Shown here piece after piece: positions 25,335-34,100 of a stretch of 38,718 bases of DNA. Both the position numbers and the translations under genes were made by a program. How positions within the stretch are numbered: position 1 is the first letter of the stretch; each line of letters begins with the position of its first letter. Under the pieces are notes generated by a model, which did not search any database, was not told where the DNA came from, and worked only from the letters and a program-made list of their open reading frames with translations. The stretch covers positions 1 to 38,718 of the IMG/VR virus record IMGVR_UViG_3300012921_000076, one strand, 5' to 3'. The DNA is from a virus. Its lineage: Duplodnaviria > Caudoviricetes.

Positions 25335-26585
25335 TCAGGCAATCGAATCGACAGCGCGCCGAAGCGATTCCCGGATCGAAGTTGATTTTGGCTTCGCGCC
25401 AGCCGGGTCTGAGCCGGAAGACGGTGCGCCGGTGATGGATTTCGAACCTTTGTCGGTCTGAGCGACTGCGGCTTTGTCCGGGGTCTGAGCCCGTGCGGGA
25501 GGAGCCTGGTCACCGGCGGCGGGATTCATCCGCTCGGCGAGCTTGTAGGCCTCCTGAAGCGCTTCCGTGATCGGAAGGTCTTTGGCGACCTTGTCCGAGT
25601 TCAGGAAGAATTCGATGTCGTCGATCAGCTCCTCGACGCGCGGGAATTTCGCGTCCTTGATGAAGCCGTTGATGTGAGTGGCAAGGCCGGCCTGCTGCTG
25701 CCCCTGCACATATTTGCCGATGCCGCCGATCTGGGCCTTGATCGTGTCGAGCTCCTTGCGAAGCGACTGGATCACGGCATCCTGACGGCTGGCGGTCTGC
25801 TCCGGCTTTTGGCCCATGTAGTAGGCGGCGAGATCGCGGAAGGTGATCGCCTTGCCTGCCTTGTCCTTCAGGCCGAGATTGGCGACGACCTGCTCGAGCC
25901 CGCCGATCGGGTCTTTGCGGATCGCCTGTTCGGCGCCGATGTAGTTGGTCAGCGCCTGCTTGATGCTGGTCTTGTTCTTCTTCGCCAGCGCGTCGAGTTC
26001 CTTCAGCTCGCCGAAGCTGTCGGCATCGGCCTTGTGCCGAGCGAACCCGTCCTCAAGCTCCTTGATCGCCCGATGCGTCGCGCCGCGCACGCTTTCCGGG
26101 GTGTTGCCCCAATCGGCGGTCATGCTCTGATCGCTCTTGAACCGGCGCGGCGGTTCCGCAAAGGCGGTCTTTTGCTGCTGCGCGCCTGGCTGGGCGGCAT
26201 CGGCCGGCTTCTGATCCTGCCCCTGGCCGTCCTTCGCTGCGAAGCGGCCACGATCGCGCGGCTGATCGGCGGCCTTGCCGGGCTTCTCGTCGCCGGCGGC
26301 CTTGTCTGCCGGCTTGGCGTCGGTCTTGCCGTCGGCCGGCTTCTTCGCTGCATCGGCCTTCTCGGCCGCCTTCGCGGTCGCGGCCTTGTCGGCCTTCCTG
26401 ATCGTGTCGCGCAGCGAGGGCTTCTTGTCAGGCGTCTTGCCGTCGGCCGGCTTCTGATCCTGCGGCTTCGGCTCCGGGCCGTTGTTCTGGATCGGAGTGG
26501 GCGGGGTCGCCGGCTGCTGCTGGTTGGCTGCAGGCGTGGCAGAGGCGTCCGGCGCGGCAGCGGCCGCAGCGGCTGGATCAATCAT
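25335..26585 (-). CDS. Scaffolding protein
   Basis: Low-complexity K/P/A/D N-terminus, helical core, position before the capsid gene. Confidence 0.8.
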   Translation of the reverse strand: MIDPAAAAAAAPDASATPAANQQQPATPPTPIQNNGPEPKPQDQKPADGKTPDKKPSLRDTIRKADKAATAKAAEKADAAKKPADGKTDAKPADKAAGDEKPGKAADQPRDRGRFAAKDGQGQDQKPADAAQPGAQQQKTAFAEPPRRFKSDQSMTADWGNTPESVRGATHRAIKELEDGFARHKADADSFGELKELDALAKKNKTSIKQALTNYIGAEQAIRKDPIGGLEQVVANLGLKDKAGKAITFRDLAAYYMGQKPEQTASRQDAVIQSLRKELDTIKAQIGGIGKYVQGQQQAGLATHINGFIKDAKFPRVEELIDDIEFFLNSDKVAKDLPITEALQEAYKLAERMNPAAGDQAPPARAQTPDKAAVAQTDKGSKSITGAPSSGSDPAGAKPKSTSIRESLRRAVDSIA

Positions 26586-26615
26586 GGGAAATTTTTCCTG
26601 TCTGAGAGGATGCGT

Positions 26616-26951
26616 TCAGGCTGCGGCTGTGGTGGACGGACGCGCGCCGGATGCGTGGCGCTCGATCGCCTTCTTGATCGACTGCCGGATCGCCTGCTTA
26701 TCCGGCCGCGGTTTGGGTTTCGGGCGAAGGCGCGCCGGGTCGTTCCCGACCTCGACGCAACCGTGAGCCCGCGTCACCTCCCGAAACTTCGCCTTGGAGG
26801 TGTAGAATTTGCCGTCCGCCATATGCTGCGTCGGCTCCATGGTGTCGGTGTTAACGGCCGGCGCCGGCAGGTGCGAGCGAGCGCGCTTCGGCTCCTCGAC
26901 CTTGCGGAAGACCGAGCGGCCGTCGCCGAGGGTGATCCACTGGTAGGTCAC
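26616..26951 (-). CDS. Small head-module protein
   Basis: DTMEPTQHMADGKFYTSKAKFREVTRAHGCVEVGND; GTGA coupling. Confidence 0.75.
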   Translation of the reverse strand: MTYQWITLGDGRSVFRKVEEPKRARSHLPAPAVNTDTMEPTQHMADGKFYTSKAKFREVTRAHGCVEVGNDPARLRPKPKPRPDKQAIRQSIKKAIERHASGARPSTTAAA

Positions 26952-27187
26952 AACAGCACCAGCGCCCACGCGCCGAGCGCCATGGCCACATAGGCGAGCA
27001 GGATCGAGCCCCGCACCACGATCGGCCGCGGGTCCTGCGCAGCGAACTGCAACCAGCCCGCAATGAATGCCGACCAGAGTGCGAAAGACCGCGCCTCGGC
27101 CTCGCCGAAGACGAGCACGCCGATGATGGCGGTCAGGTAGAAAAGCGCCGAGGTGCTGGCGAACAGCACGCGCATCGTGTCGCTCAT
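26948..27187 (-). CDS. Small membrane protein
   Basis: Three hydrophobic segments; overlapping start/stop with both neighbours. Confidence 0.7.
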   Translation of the reverse strand: MSDTMRVLFASTSALFYLTAIIGVLVFGEAEARSFALWSAFIAGWLQFAAQDPRPIVVRGSILLAYVAMALGAWALVLL

Positions 27188-27534
27188 AGCCGACCGATCC
27201 TCTCCTGCATTTCGCGCAGCGCTGCGTTCGACGCGTCGATTTCCCGCGGCAGGTCGACCCTGGCCCAGCTGACGTCATAGCGAAACCGGCGCCGGCTGAC
27301 GTTGAACGGCCGGAACCGATAGCCCGACAGCACGCGCTCGGTGCCCGGTCGCGGCATGCGCCATTCGAAGCTGCGCAGTTGCGCGCCGAAACCGCCTATC
27401 CACGTGTAGAGGCGACCCTTGCCTGCGTTGCGACCCTTCGACGTGTCGACGAGCCAGTAGAAACGCCCATCGTGATACGGGGTGGCGATGCCGTAGCCGT
27501 TGCCGAAAATGGCGTGATCGATCGTCAGGCTCAT
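27184..27534 (-). CDS. Hypothetical protein
   Basis: ATGA-coupled to the portal stop; aromatic and Arg-rich. Confidence 0.65.
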   Translation of the reverse strand: MSLTIDHAIFGNGYGIATPYHDGRFYWLVDTSKGRNAGKGRLYTWIGGFGAQLRSFEWRMPRPGTERVLSGYRFRPFNVSRRRFRYDVSWARVDLPREIDASNAALREMQERIGRL

Positions 27535-29879
27535 TTCTTCCGCTCCGGCTTGGGTTTCGCGGCTTCCTTCGCGGCCTGCTCAGCCTGCTTCACCGCCTGC
27601 TGGCGGTTCTGCTCTGCAGCCACGGCCGCCGGCGTGATGGTGATGCCGGCCTGCGCCGCCATCTGCACCTGGCCGTCGGGTGGCAGGTCTTTGAAGTTGA
27701 TCGATTCCGACGGCGGCTTTGCACCTTCGGCGCCGGCCGCAGGTGCTGCGCGCAGCGCGGCGATATCAGCCCGGCGCTTCTCGATTTCGAGCGCGCCCTT
27801 TTCCATCTCCTGGGCGTGCTTGGCGGCCGCGTTCGCCCGCTGCTCGGCGAGAAAGGCCAATTCCTCCTTCGCCTTCTGATCGCGAATGGCGGCCTCCTGA
27901 CGGGCGGCATCCATTCGGAGCTTCTGGCTGAAGGCGGCTTCTTCCTGCTTCGCCTTGGCGTCGGCCTGCTTGAGCGCGAGCTCGGCCTTTGCGGCTTCCT
28001 CCTGCGGGCTCGGCTTCTGCTGGCCGCCCTTGGCCTTCATCTGCTCGATCAGCTCGTCGACCGACAGGTCGAGCGCGCGGCCGCCGCGGAACGGCGCCAG
28101 CGCGAATTTCAGCACTTCGCCGGCAAAGGCGATCGCCGTGGGCTCGACCTGCAGGAAGGCGACGAGCTGCTGGATGGTGGCGCCGAGCGCGGTCATGAAT
28201 TCCGCGCGCAGCTGCTTTTCCCGGTTCTCGTCGGCCTGGATCGTCGAGTCCGTCTCGATGTCGAGCACGAACGGGCGGATACGCTCTGCGCGAAGCAAGG
28301 CAAACACCTGCTCCTGCGTCGGCTGGCGCTTCAGTTTGTCGACCTGGGCGCGGACCTTGGCGGCCATGCCGCCGATAACGCGCTGCTTGGCGGCTTTCGG
28401 GTTCTGGGCGGCCTGCTGCTGAAACTGCGGGTCGTCGAGGGTCGCCTTCACCTGCTGCTCGGCCTGCAGCATCACCTGCTTTTCCTGCCGCGCCATGTCG
28501 GCGTTCGTCGGCAACTCCATCTGCGACATGGCCAGCATGGTCTTCGGCGAGAAGTTCTCGGCGATGATCTCGGCGACGATGCGCGCCACGTCGCGCGCCA
28601 CCCGCACCAGTTCGTTCTGCTTGTCGCGAATGCGGATGGTGCCGTACTGGCTTTTCAGCTCGGACTGGCCGAGCTTTTCGTTCGGGTCGACGACCCCGCG
28701 CATGATGTCGGACAGGCCGCTGATCTGGTAAACATCATCGATCTGGGTGCGACGGATTTCGACGAGCGCAGCGATGGCCTTCACCACCTGCTCGATCGGC
28801 ATCCAGACGATCATGTCCTTCGCGGCGTTGTTGCCGAGCAGCGCCCAATTCGAGACGCCGATCATGACGGTGTTGTCGTCGAGCGTCTTCAGCGCCGCCT
28901 CGATCGCGTCGCCGATATCGCCCACGCCGGCCGGGTAGAAGCCGCGCACGCGCACCGAATCGGTGAGCGAGGCGATGCGGGCGGTAAGCTCGTTGATCTG
29001 CTCGAGCTGATCCTTGATGAACGCATACTCCGGCACCGGCACCAGCGATCGACGCTGCAGCGTGCCGTAGGCGGGTTTCGGGCAGGGGAAGAAACCTTCA
29101 AGCGTCAGATGCGGCGGGTTCTCGTCGAGCACGACGTCGACACCGGGCGTCACCCACACGACCTTGTTCAAGTCCTTGTGCCAGACCTCCCAGACGCCGG
29201 CTTTCGCGCGCTGATCGGCCGCGCCATTATCGCGATCCTCTTTCTGCGCGGAATAGGTGGCGTTCTTGTAGGCGTCGCCGCTGTGCTTCTTGAAGCGCTT
29301 GCGCATCTCACCGCGTGTGAGCCAGGCGCGGCGAGCGGCCCAGCCGACTTCCTTCCACTTCCGGGAAGGCTCATGCAGGAAGTCCTTGCGGTCGAGGTGA
29401 TCGACGCAGGCCTTTTCCTTGTCGTAGCCCCTACCCTTAGTCTCGTACCGCACCCACACGACGCCGCGACTGGCAATGCACATGTCGTCGCGCACCTGCC
29501 GCATGACCTCGTCGATATCCTCGGCGTCGAAGGTCGACGAGGTGCAGCGCTCCAGCATCTCGGACGCCGTGCGCGGCACGGGCTTGTTGTTGTTGAACTT
29601 CGGCACCACCACCGCGACGGGCGGCCGCGCATAGGTCGCCGGTGCCAGCACCTGTATATTCGCCCAGAACAGCGCGAATTCACGATCGCGATCGATGCCG
29701 GCAAGCCGCGACAGGTTCGCAAAGAGCTTGTCGATGCTGTCCGACTTGTCCTGGTAGGTCTGGAACGCCTTTTCGGCCTGCTTGATGTCGGCCAGGAAGC
29801 GCGTAGAGGATCCAGCCGGCTCACCGGCGGGTGCTGCCTTCTCGTCTTCCTCGTCGATCACCGCGACGTCATCAACCAT
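27531..29879 (-). CDS. Portal protein
   Basis: 782 aa after TerL; FFPCPKP, ISGLSDIMRG, long C-terminal coiled coil (P22-type barrel). Confidence 0.88.
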   Translation of the reverse strand: MVDDVAVIDEEDEKAAPAGEPAGSSTRFLADIKQAEKAFQTYQDKSDSIDKLFANLSRLAGIDRDREFALFWANIQVLAPATYARPPVAVVVPKFNNNKPVPRTASEMLERCTSSTFDAEDIDEVMRQVRDDMCIASRGVVWVRYETKGRGYDKEKACVDHLDRKDFLHEPSRKWKEVGWAARRAWLTRGEMRKRFKKHSGDAYKNATYSAQKEDRDNGAADQRAKAGVWEVWHKDLNKVVWVTPGVDVVLDENPPHLTLEGFFPCPKPAYGTLQRRSLVPVPEYAFIKDQLEQINELTARIASLTDSVRVRGFYPAGVGDIGDAIEAALKTLDDNTVMIGVSNWALLGNNAAKDMIVWMPIEQVVKAIAALVEIRRTQIDDVYQISGLSDIMRGVVDPNEKLGQSELKSQYGTIRIRDKQNELVRVARDVARIVAEIIAENFSPKTMLAMSQMELPTNADMARQEKQVMLQAEQQVKATLDDPQFQQQAAQNPKAAKQRVIGGMAAKVRAQVDKLKRQPTQEQVFALLRAERIRPFVLDIETDSTIQADENREKQLRAEFMTALGATIQQLVAFLQVEPTAIAFAGEVLKFALAPFRGGRALDLSVDELIEQMKAKGGQQKPSPQEEAAKAELALKQADAKAKQEEAAFSQKLRMDAARQEAAIRDQKAKEELAFLAEQRANAAAKHAQEMEKGALEIEKRRADIAALRAAPAAGAEGAKPPSESINFKDLPPDGQVQMAAQAGITITPAAVAAEQNRQQAVKQAEQAAKEAAKPKPERKK

Positions 29880-30081
29880 GCGGGTTGAACCCGTTCACCC
29901 GAAAGCCGCCCGCCCACGCGACGCTATGCAGCGCGAACACGCTCGGCGCGGCGACGCGCAGGAGATTGGCGCGCCACGTCCGATAGCCCGCCGGCGGCAG
30001 CGCCTTCACTTCCGGGGTTTCGCTGAGCCCGCGGATGGCGTCGCCGATCGTCATCGTGTCGTAGGCGAATGGTGCCTTCAT
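29872..30081 (-). CDS. Hypothetical protein between TerL and portal
   Basis: 69-aa ORF filling the gap; AAGGT RBS. Confidence 0.5.
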   Translation of the reverse strand: MKAPFAYDTMTIGDAIRGLSETPEVKALPPAGYRTWRANLLRVAAPSVFALHSVAWAGGFRVNGFNPHG

Positions 30082-30091
30082 CTCTGACCTT

Positions 30092-31651
30092 TCAGAGCTT
30101 GATGCGGTTGCGCCGCACCGGGGTGAGCGGCGGCGGCTTGATCATGCCGGGCGGCGGCTGGATGTTGACCGGGGAAGACGGCGGCTTCTTCGGCACCATC
30201 TTGTCGAGTATCTGGCCGATCTTGCCGAGCGCATCGACCTGGTCGTCATACACGCCGACGGGGAAGCTCATCAGCTCGGTCGTCAGGTCCGCCACCCATG
30301 GCTTGCCGACCGGCAGATACAGCCCGCTCATTGCCATGCGGCCGCGGATCGCCTGCGCCATGATCGCCTTGTTGGCGCGCGGCGCGAACTGCTCGCGGGC
30401 CACGTGCACGCCGCGCTCGATCATGCGGCGCAGCAGGAACGGCCCGACGCTGCCCTTGATCTGCCCGCTTTCCTCGGCCCAGCCAATCGGCTTCCACTTC
30501 TCGACCAGGTCGCAGAACGCCTCGACCCACTTGTCGGAGGAGGCCTGCGCGCGCCACAGGTCGAGCACGTAGAGTCGGCCCTCGCTGTCCATGCCGACGA
30601 CGACATGCACGGTGTAATCGCCGCCCTCGTCGGTCACGGCGTAGTCGCTGCCGCCGTAGACGTTCAGCGTCTCGAACGGCGGCATGAGATCGTAGGTCTT
30701 CAGCCAGTCGCGTTCGAAGTAATCGCCGCTGTCTGGCGCCGGCCGCTGCTGGTAGAGCGCCGACCAGGTGCGCGGGTTCCGTTTGAACTGCGCCCAATGG
30801 TCTTCCGGGAACCACTCCGGCCAGATGTATTCGCCTATCTGGCGGCCGAGGGGATCGTCTGCCCGCTCGGCCTGGGCCGGGATGCAGATGACCTCCCACA
30901 CATTGCCGTCGCGGCACGAGATCATGCCGCTTTCGCCGTTGTAGTTCTCCGGCAGGATCGAGCCAGCCAGGTCGCCGAGCTGCCAGCGGGTCTGCGTCAG
31001 CATGACCGACCCGTTCGGCTTCAGGCGGGTCAGCACGTCGTCTTCGTAGGCATCGATCGTCCGCTTCTGCGTGACCGGCGAATCGGCTTCCTGCCTGCCC
31101 TTCACCGGGTCGTCGATCGGAATGAAGTCGGCACGGTTGCCGGTGATGCCCGACAGGATACCGCCGCCCATGAATTCCGAACCGTTGAGCAAGGCCCACT
31201 CGTCGGCCGCGCTGCTCTCCGGACTGAGCCCCGTGCTGTGCAGCGCGAAGAAACCGGACTGCCGCACGATCGACCGCATGCGCCGGCCGAACTTGCGCGC
31301 GAGATCGGAGCCGTAGCTTACCCCGATCACCTTGAAACCGGGCCACTTGCCCATCGCCCATGTCGGCCCGACGACGGTGGCATAGGTCGACTTGGCCGAG
31401 CCGGGAGGCAGGAACAGCATCGTCCTGCCCTTCGGCCGTTCGATGCAGCGCTGCGTCGCGGCCAGGATGATTTCATGGTGCCGCGCGAGCACCGTCTCGA
31501 CCGGCTTGAACGAGGCGTCGAGCGCATCGTCGGGCTCGTCGGTCAGCGGAGCGCCGGGAACCTCGATGTACCGTGCATAGTCGACGAGGTTGTAGCGGGC
31601 GCGCCGGCGCCGCAGAACCTCAGTCGCTGCCGCCTGCCGCGATACGCTCAA
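30092..31651 (-). CDS. terL: Terminase large subunit
   Basis: Walker A PPGSAKS, Walker B IPIDDP, nuclease SDYA..GDYTV and DDQVDAL. Confidence 0.95.
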   Translation of the reverse strand: MSVSRQAAATEVLRRRRARYNLVDYARYIEVPGAPLTDEPDDALDASFKPVETVLARHHEIILAATQRCIERPKGRTMLFLPPGSAKSTYATVVGPTWAMGKWPGFKVIGVSYGSDLARKFGRRMRSIVRQSGFFALHSTGLSPESSAADEWALLNGSEFMGGGILSGITGNRADFIPIDDPVKGRQEADSPVTQKRTIDAYEDDVLTRLKPNGSVMLTQTRWQLGDLAGSILPENYNGESGMISCRDGNVWEVICIPAQAERADDPLGRQIGEYIWPEWFPEDHWAQFKRNPRTWSALYQQRPAPDSGDYFERDWLKTYDLMPPFETLNVYGGSDYAVTDEGGDYTVHVVVGMDSEGRLYVLDLWRAQASSDKWVEAFCDLVEKWKPIGWAEESGQIKGSVGPFLLRRMIERGVHVAREQFAPRANKAIMAQAIRGRMAMSGLYLPVGKPWVADLTTELMSFPVGVYDDQVDALGKIGQILDKMVPKKPPSSPVNIQPPPGMIKPPPLTPVRRNRIKL

Positions 31652-32114
31652 GGTCTTCGTCCGACATGCTGCGGATGCTCACGCGCTTCTCGATCGGCCC
31701 GCCGCCTTTGCCAGTGTGCTCCTGGCGGTCAGGGAGCCCGAGTTCGCGGGCGATGATGCTGGCGTTCAGCAGGTCCGCCGCGCTGCCCTCGAACTTCTGC
31801 TGATAGATCAGATCCTCGATACGCGAGACGATTGCCGGAAAACCTTCGCGCTTCCCGTATTCCGCCCACGTGCTGCGCGAGATGTCGAGGAAGTTGCAGA
31901 GCCCCGCGATGCTCATCGCCCGCATCTTCGGCAGGGCCTTCACGCTGGCGAAACCCTTGTACGTGACGAGCGCGCCTTCCTGCAGCGGATTGCCATCCAC
32001 CCACTCGAAATACTCGACCGCAGCCGCCCACAGATCGTCCGGGGTGGCGAAGATCGGATTGCGGCCGTGAGAGCTTCGCGCTTCCCAGAAGCGGTTGCCC
32101 AAGGGTGCAGGCAT
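31620..32114 (-). CDS. terS: Terminase small subunit (P22 gp3-like)
   Basis: MPAPLGNRFWEARSSHGRNPIFATPDDLW.AA.EYFEW...MRAMSIAGLCNFLDI...QKFEGSAADLLNASIIARELGL. Confidence 0.92.
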   Translation of the reverse strand: MPAPLGNRFWEARSSHGRNPIFATPDDLWAAAVEYFEWVDGNPLQEGALVTYKGFASVKALPKMRAMSIAGLCNFLDISRSTWAEYGKREGFPAIVSRIEDLIYQQKFEGSAADLLNASIIARELGLPDRQEHTGKGGGPIEKRVSIRSMSDEDLERIAAGGSD

Positions 32115-32837
32115 GTCGGTTTGTCCGTCTGAGGGACTGCGTTGGGCTGGATCTTCTCCGGCCGCAGATTCCTGCTTGCCGAGAGTGCCGCTTACCCATG
32201 CGGCTGCGAAGGTCGACACGCCGATGTCGCGCAGGCTGAGCATGGCCTCCTCGAGGTGCCAGCCGCTGGTTGCGATATCGTCGACCACGATCACCGGGCG
32301 CTGAGGCTTTTTCTTCACCTTCAGCGGCGGCAGTTTCTTGAATTCCTTCGGGTGCGACGATCCGCTGACAAAGCGGTCCTCGAACACCTGGACGAAGGGG
32401 ATGCCGAGCACCTTGGCGACGCGGCGAGCGAGGGTCTTGCCCCAACACTCGGCGTCACGGCTATGTCCGCAGGCAACGGACGCCACCGCCCATTTGTCGA
32501 TGCCGCCCACCATCTTGCGCAGCTCGTCGGCGAGCTCGCTGGCGGCAGTCGACAGAACCTCGTCGGTCTTCGCCTTCTTTTCCGCCTTGAAGGCGGCCAT
32601 GGCCCGCGCGCGATCGTCGGCCGGCCAGGAGCGTAGCGTGAGGAACGCAACGCTGTTACGATGCCGAACCGCCGCCTTGGTCACCAGTGACTGCAGCAGG
32701 TCGAAAGCGAATGGCGAATCGGATTGCAATCGTTGGCTCCCGTCGTCGGACTGATCCGGCGACAGTCGACGCTTTCGTCGCCACGTTGCCGCCGTCGACC
32801 GTGATTGTTTCAGGCGGCGCGAAAGGCCCGGACACAT
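32115..32837 (-). CDS. Phosphoribosyltransferase domain, in frame with TerS (full ORF 31620-32837); true start uncertain (32837, 32684 or 32600)
   Basis: PRPP-binding loop VIVVDDIATSGWHL and LARRVAKVLGIPF; no stop codon before the terS ATG. Confidence 0.8.
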
Positions 32838-33067
32838 GGGCGCGAGAGGCAGCCAAGCGGCACGGCCTCAAGATCGTCGAGCACCTGCCGAACCTTGAAG
32901 GCGTCCGCAACCGAGGCGAGGCAGCCAGGCGCTACTATGAGCGCAACCAGCTGATCGCCGAGGATGCCGACCAGGTCGTCGCGCTGGTGGCGCCCGATCG
33001 GAAGGGCGGCACCGAAGACACGATCAAGCGGGCGATCGAGCTTGGGAAGCCTGTCCGGCTTTTGTAG
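32711..33067 (+). CDS. SLOG-superfamily (YspA/DprA-like) protein
   Basis: IAIVGSR...IVSGGAKGPDTWA...RNQLIAEDAD.VVA...GGTEDTIKRAIELGKPV. Confidence 0.88.
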   Translation: MANRIAIVGSRRRTDPATVDAFVATLPPSTVIVSGGAKGPDTWAREAAKRHGLKIVEHLPNLEGVRNRGEAARRYYERNQLIAEDADQVVALVAPDRKGGTEDTIKRAIELGKPVRLL

Positions 33068-33338
33068 TCGCGGCGTAAGCGTCATAAGCCGATGCAAGCA
33101 TGCCAGCGCCGGCCTCGCCCTGCTGCCACCGCGCCCGCAAACTATCGATCGCGTGCAGAAGCCACTGCGGCATGCGCGTGCCGTCTTGCGGTTCGGGCGC
33201 GCCACCAAAGGCCTCCATCTGATCGGCCTTGACCTTCTCGCCCGGCATGACGTTGCGCGTGATGCGGTAGCCCTGCGCCGATTCCGGATCGCGGAAGACG
33301 TGCCCCTTGCGCAGGAGCGGCTGCGGCTCAGTCGTCAT
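33024..33338 (-). CDS. Hypothetical protein
   Basis: GAGG RBS; overlaps the upstream gene's end; 3' end overlaps the SLOG gene. Confidence 0.55.
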   Translation of the reverse strand: MTTEPQPLLRKGHVFRDPESAQGYRITRNVMPGEKVKADQMEAFGGAPEPQDGTRMPQWLLHAIDSLRARWQQGEAGAGMLASAYDAYAATTKAGQASQARSPA

Positions 33339-33531
33339 CGTCCTCGCCCCAATCGACGCCCGTGTGCACCGGCATGTTGGGATCGTAGAAGGCCGACGCA
33401 TACACGTTGAGCACGACAGGCTTGGTCGGGTCGGTCTTGGGATCGGCAACGACCTTGATTTCGTCATCACCGACTACGGCTGCAGCGGCAGGCGCAGCGA
33501 GGATCGACGCGAGAAAGCCTCTGCGGTTCAT
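33328..33531 (-). CDS. Small protein with twin-arginine-like motif, first gene of the late operon
   Basis: MNRRGFLASILAAPAAAAVV, acidic tail. Confidence 0.6.
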   Translation of the reverse strand: MNRRGFLASILAAPAAAAVVGDDEIKVVADPKTDPTKPVVLNVYASAFYDPNMPVHTGVDWGEDDDD

Positions 33532-33673
33532 GGCGCATTCGCCCTGTTTTCGGGGAAAGCTTCGCTATAGGCCCCGCGCTGCCCGTCATCAGGGTGGCGA
33601 GGCTGGGTCCGGCCCGCTGGCAGTGCCTCAAAAGGCCCCCAATCAGTCAGCTCGGATCGTCCATCCTGATTGC

Positions 33674-33702
33674 GACATAGACGCGTCGCGCGTCGCTGTC
33701 AA
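33674..33702 (-). promoter_or_regulatory. Probable late promoter
   Basis: TTGACA-17bp-TATGTC on the minus strand, ~140 nt upstream of the first late gene. Confidence 0.6.
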
Positions 33703-33749
33703 CTTTTCGCGCGCGTTCTGGCCGCCGCTGTTCACCAGCACCATCATTT

Positions 33750-33810
33750 TTGTAAAGCAGACTTTACAATTCGCTTGACCGCTTGCCATTTTGTAAAGTA
33801 GAGTTTACGC
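33750..33810 (+). promoter_or_regulatory. Toxin-antitoxin promoter with two palindromic operators
   Basis: TTGTAAAG-CAGA-CTTTACAA (33750-33769) and TTGTAAAGTAGAGTTTACGC (33791-33810); TTGACC-18bp-TAGAGT. Confidence 0.75.
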
Positions 33811-34098
33811 ATGATCCGAGTTGACCGCACCCCCGAATTCAACCGCTACCTTGACGCCATGAAGGACAAGGCCGGCAAAGGTCGCATCCTGAACCGCTTG
33901 GACCGGGTTCGGCTGGGCAACTTCGGCGATGCCAAGTTCTTCGACGGCATCGGCGAACTGCGGATCGACGTCGGCCCCGGCTACCGCGTGTATTTCAAGC
34001 GGCTGGGCAACACCGTGGTGCTGATCCTCTGCGCTGGCGACAAATCCAGCCAGTCGCGGGACATTGAAAGGGCCAAGCAGTTGGCCAAGGGAGTTTGA
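33811..34098 (+). CDS. RelE/ParE-superfamily toxin (addiction module killer protein type)
   Basis: RLDRVRLGNFGDAK...GIGELRIDVGPGYRVYF...LILCAGDKSSQSRDIERAK. Confidence 0.92.
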   Translation: MIRVDRTPEFNRYLDAMKDKAGKGRILNRLDRVRLGNFGDAKFFDGIGELRIDVGPGYRVYFKRLGNTVVLILCAGDKSSQSRDIERAKQLAKGV

Positions 34099-34100
34099 GC

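Noticed and set aside
26150-26570. Repeated KPAD-encoding segments in the scaffold gene
   Set aside because: Protein low-complexity linker, not a CRISPR array or DNA repeat element
27816-29888. 690-aa plus-strand ORF, and similar long ORFs at 18881-20713, 16732-18174, 30404-31756, 25674-26993 and 10451-11677
   Set aside because: Antisense shadows of real high-GC genes; no motifs or RBS
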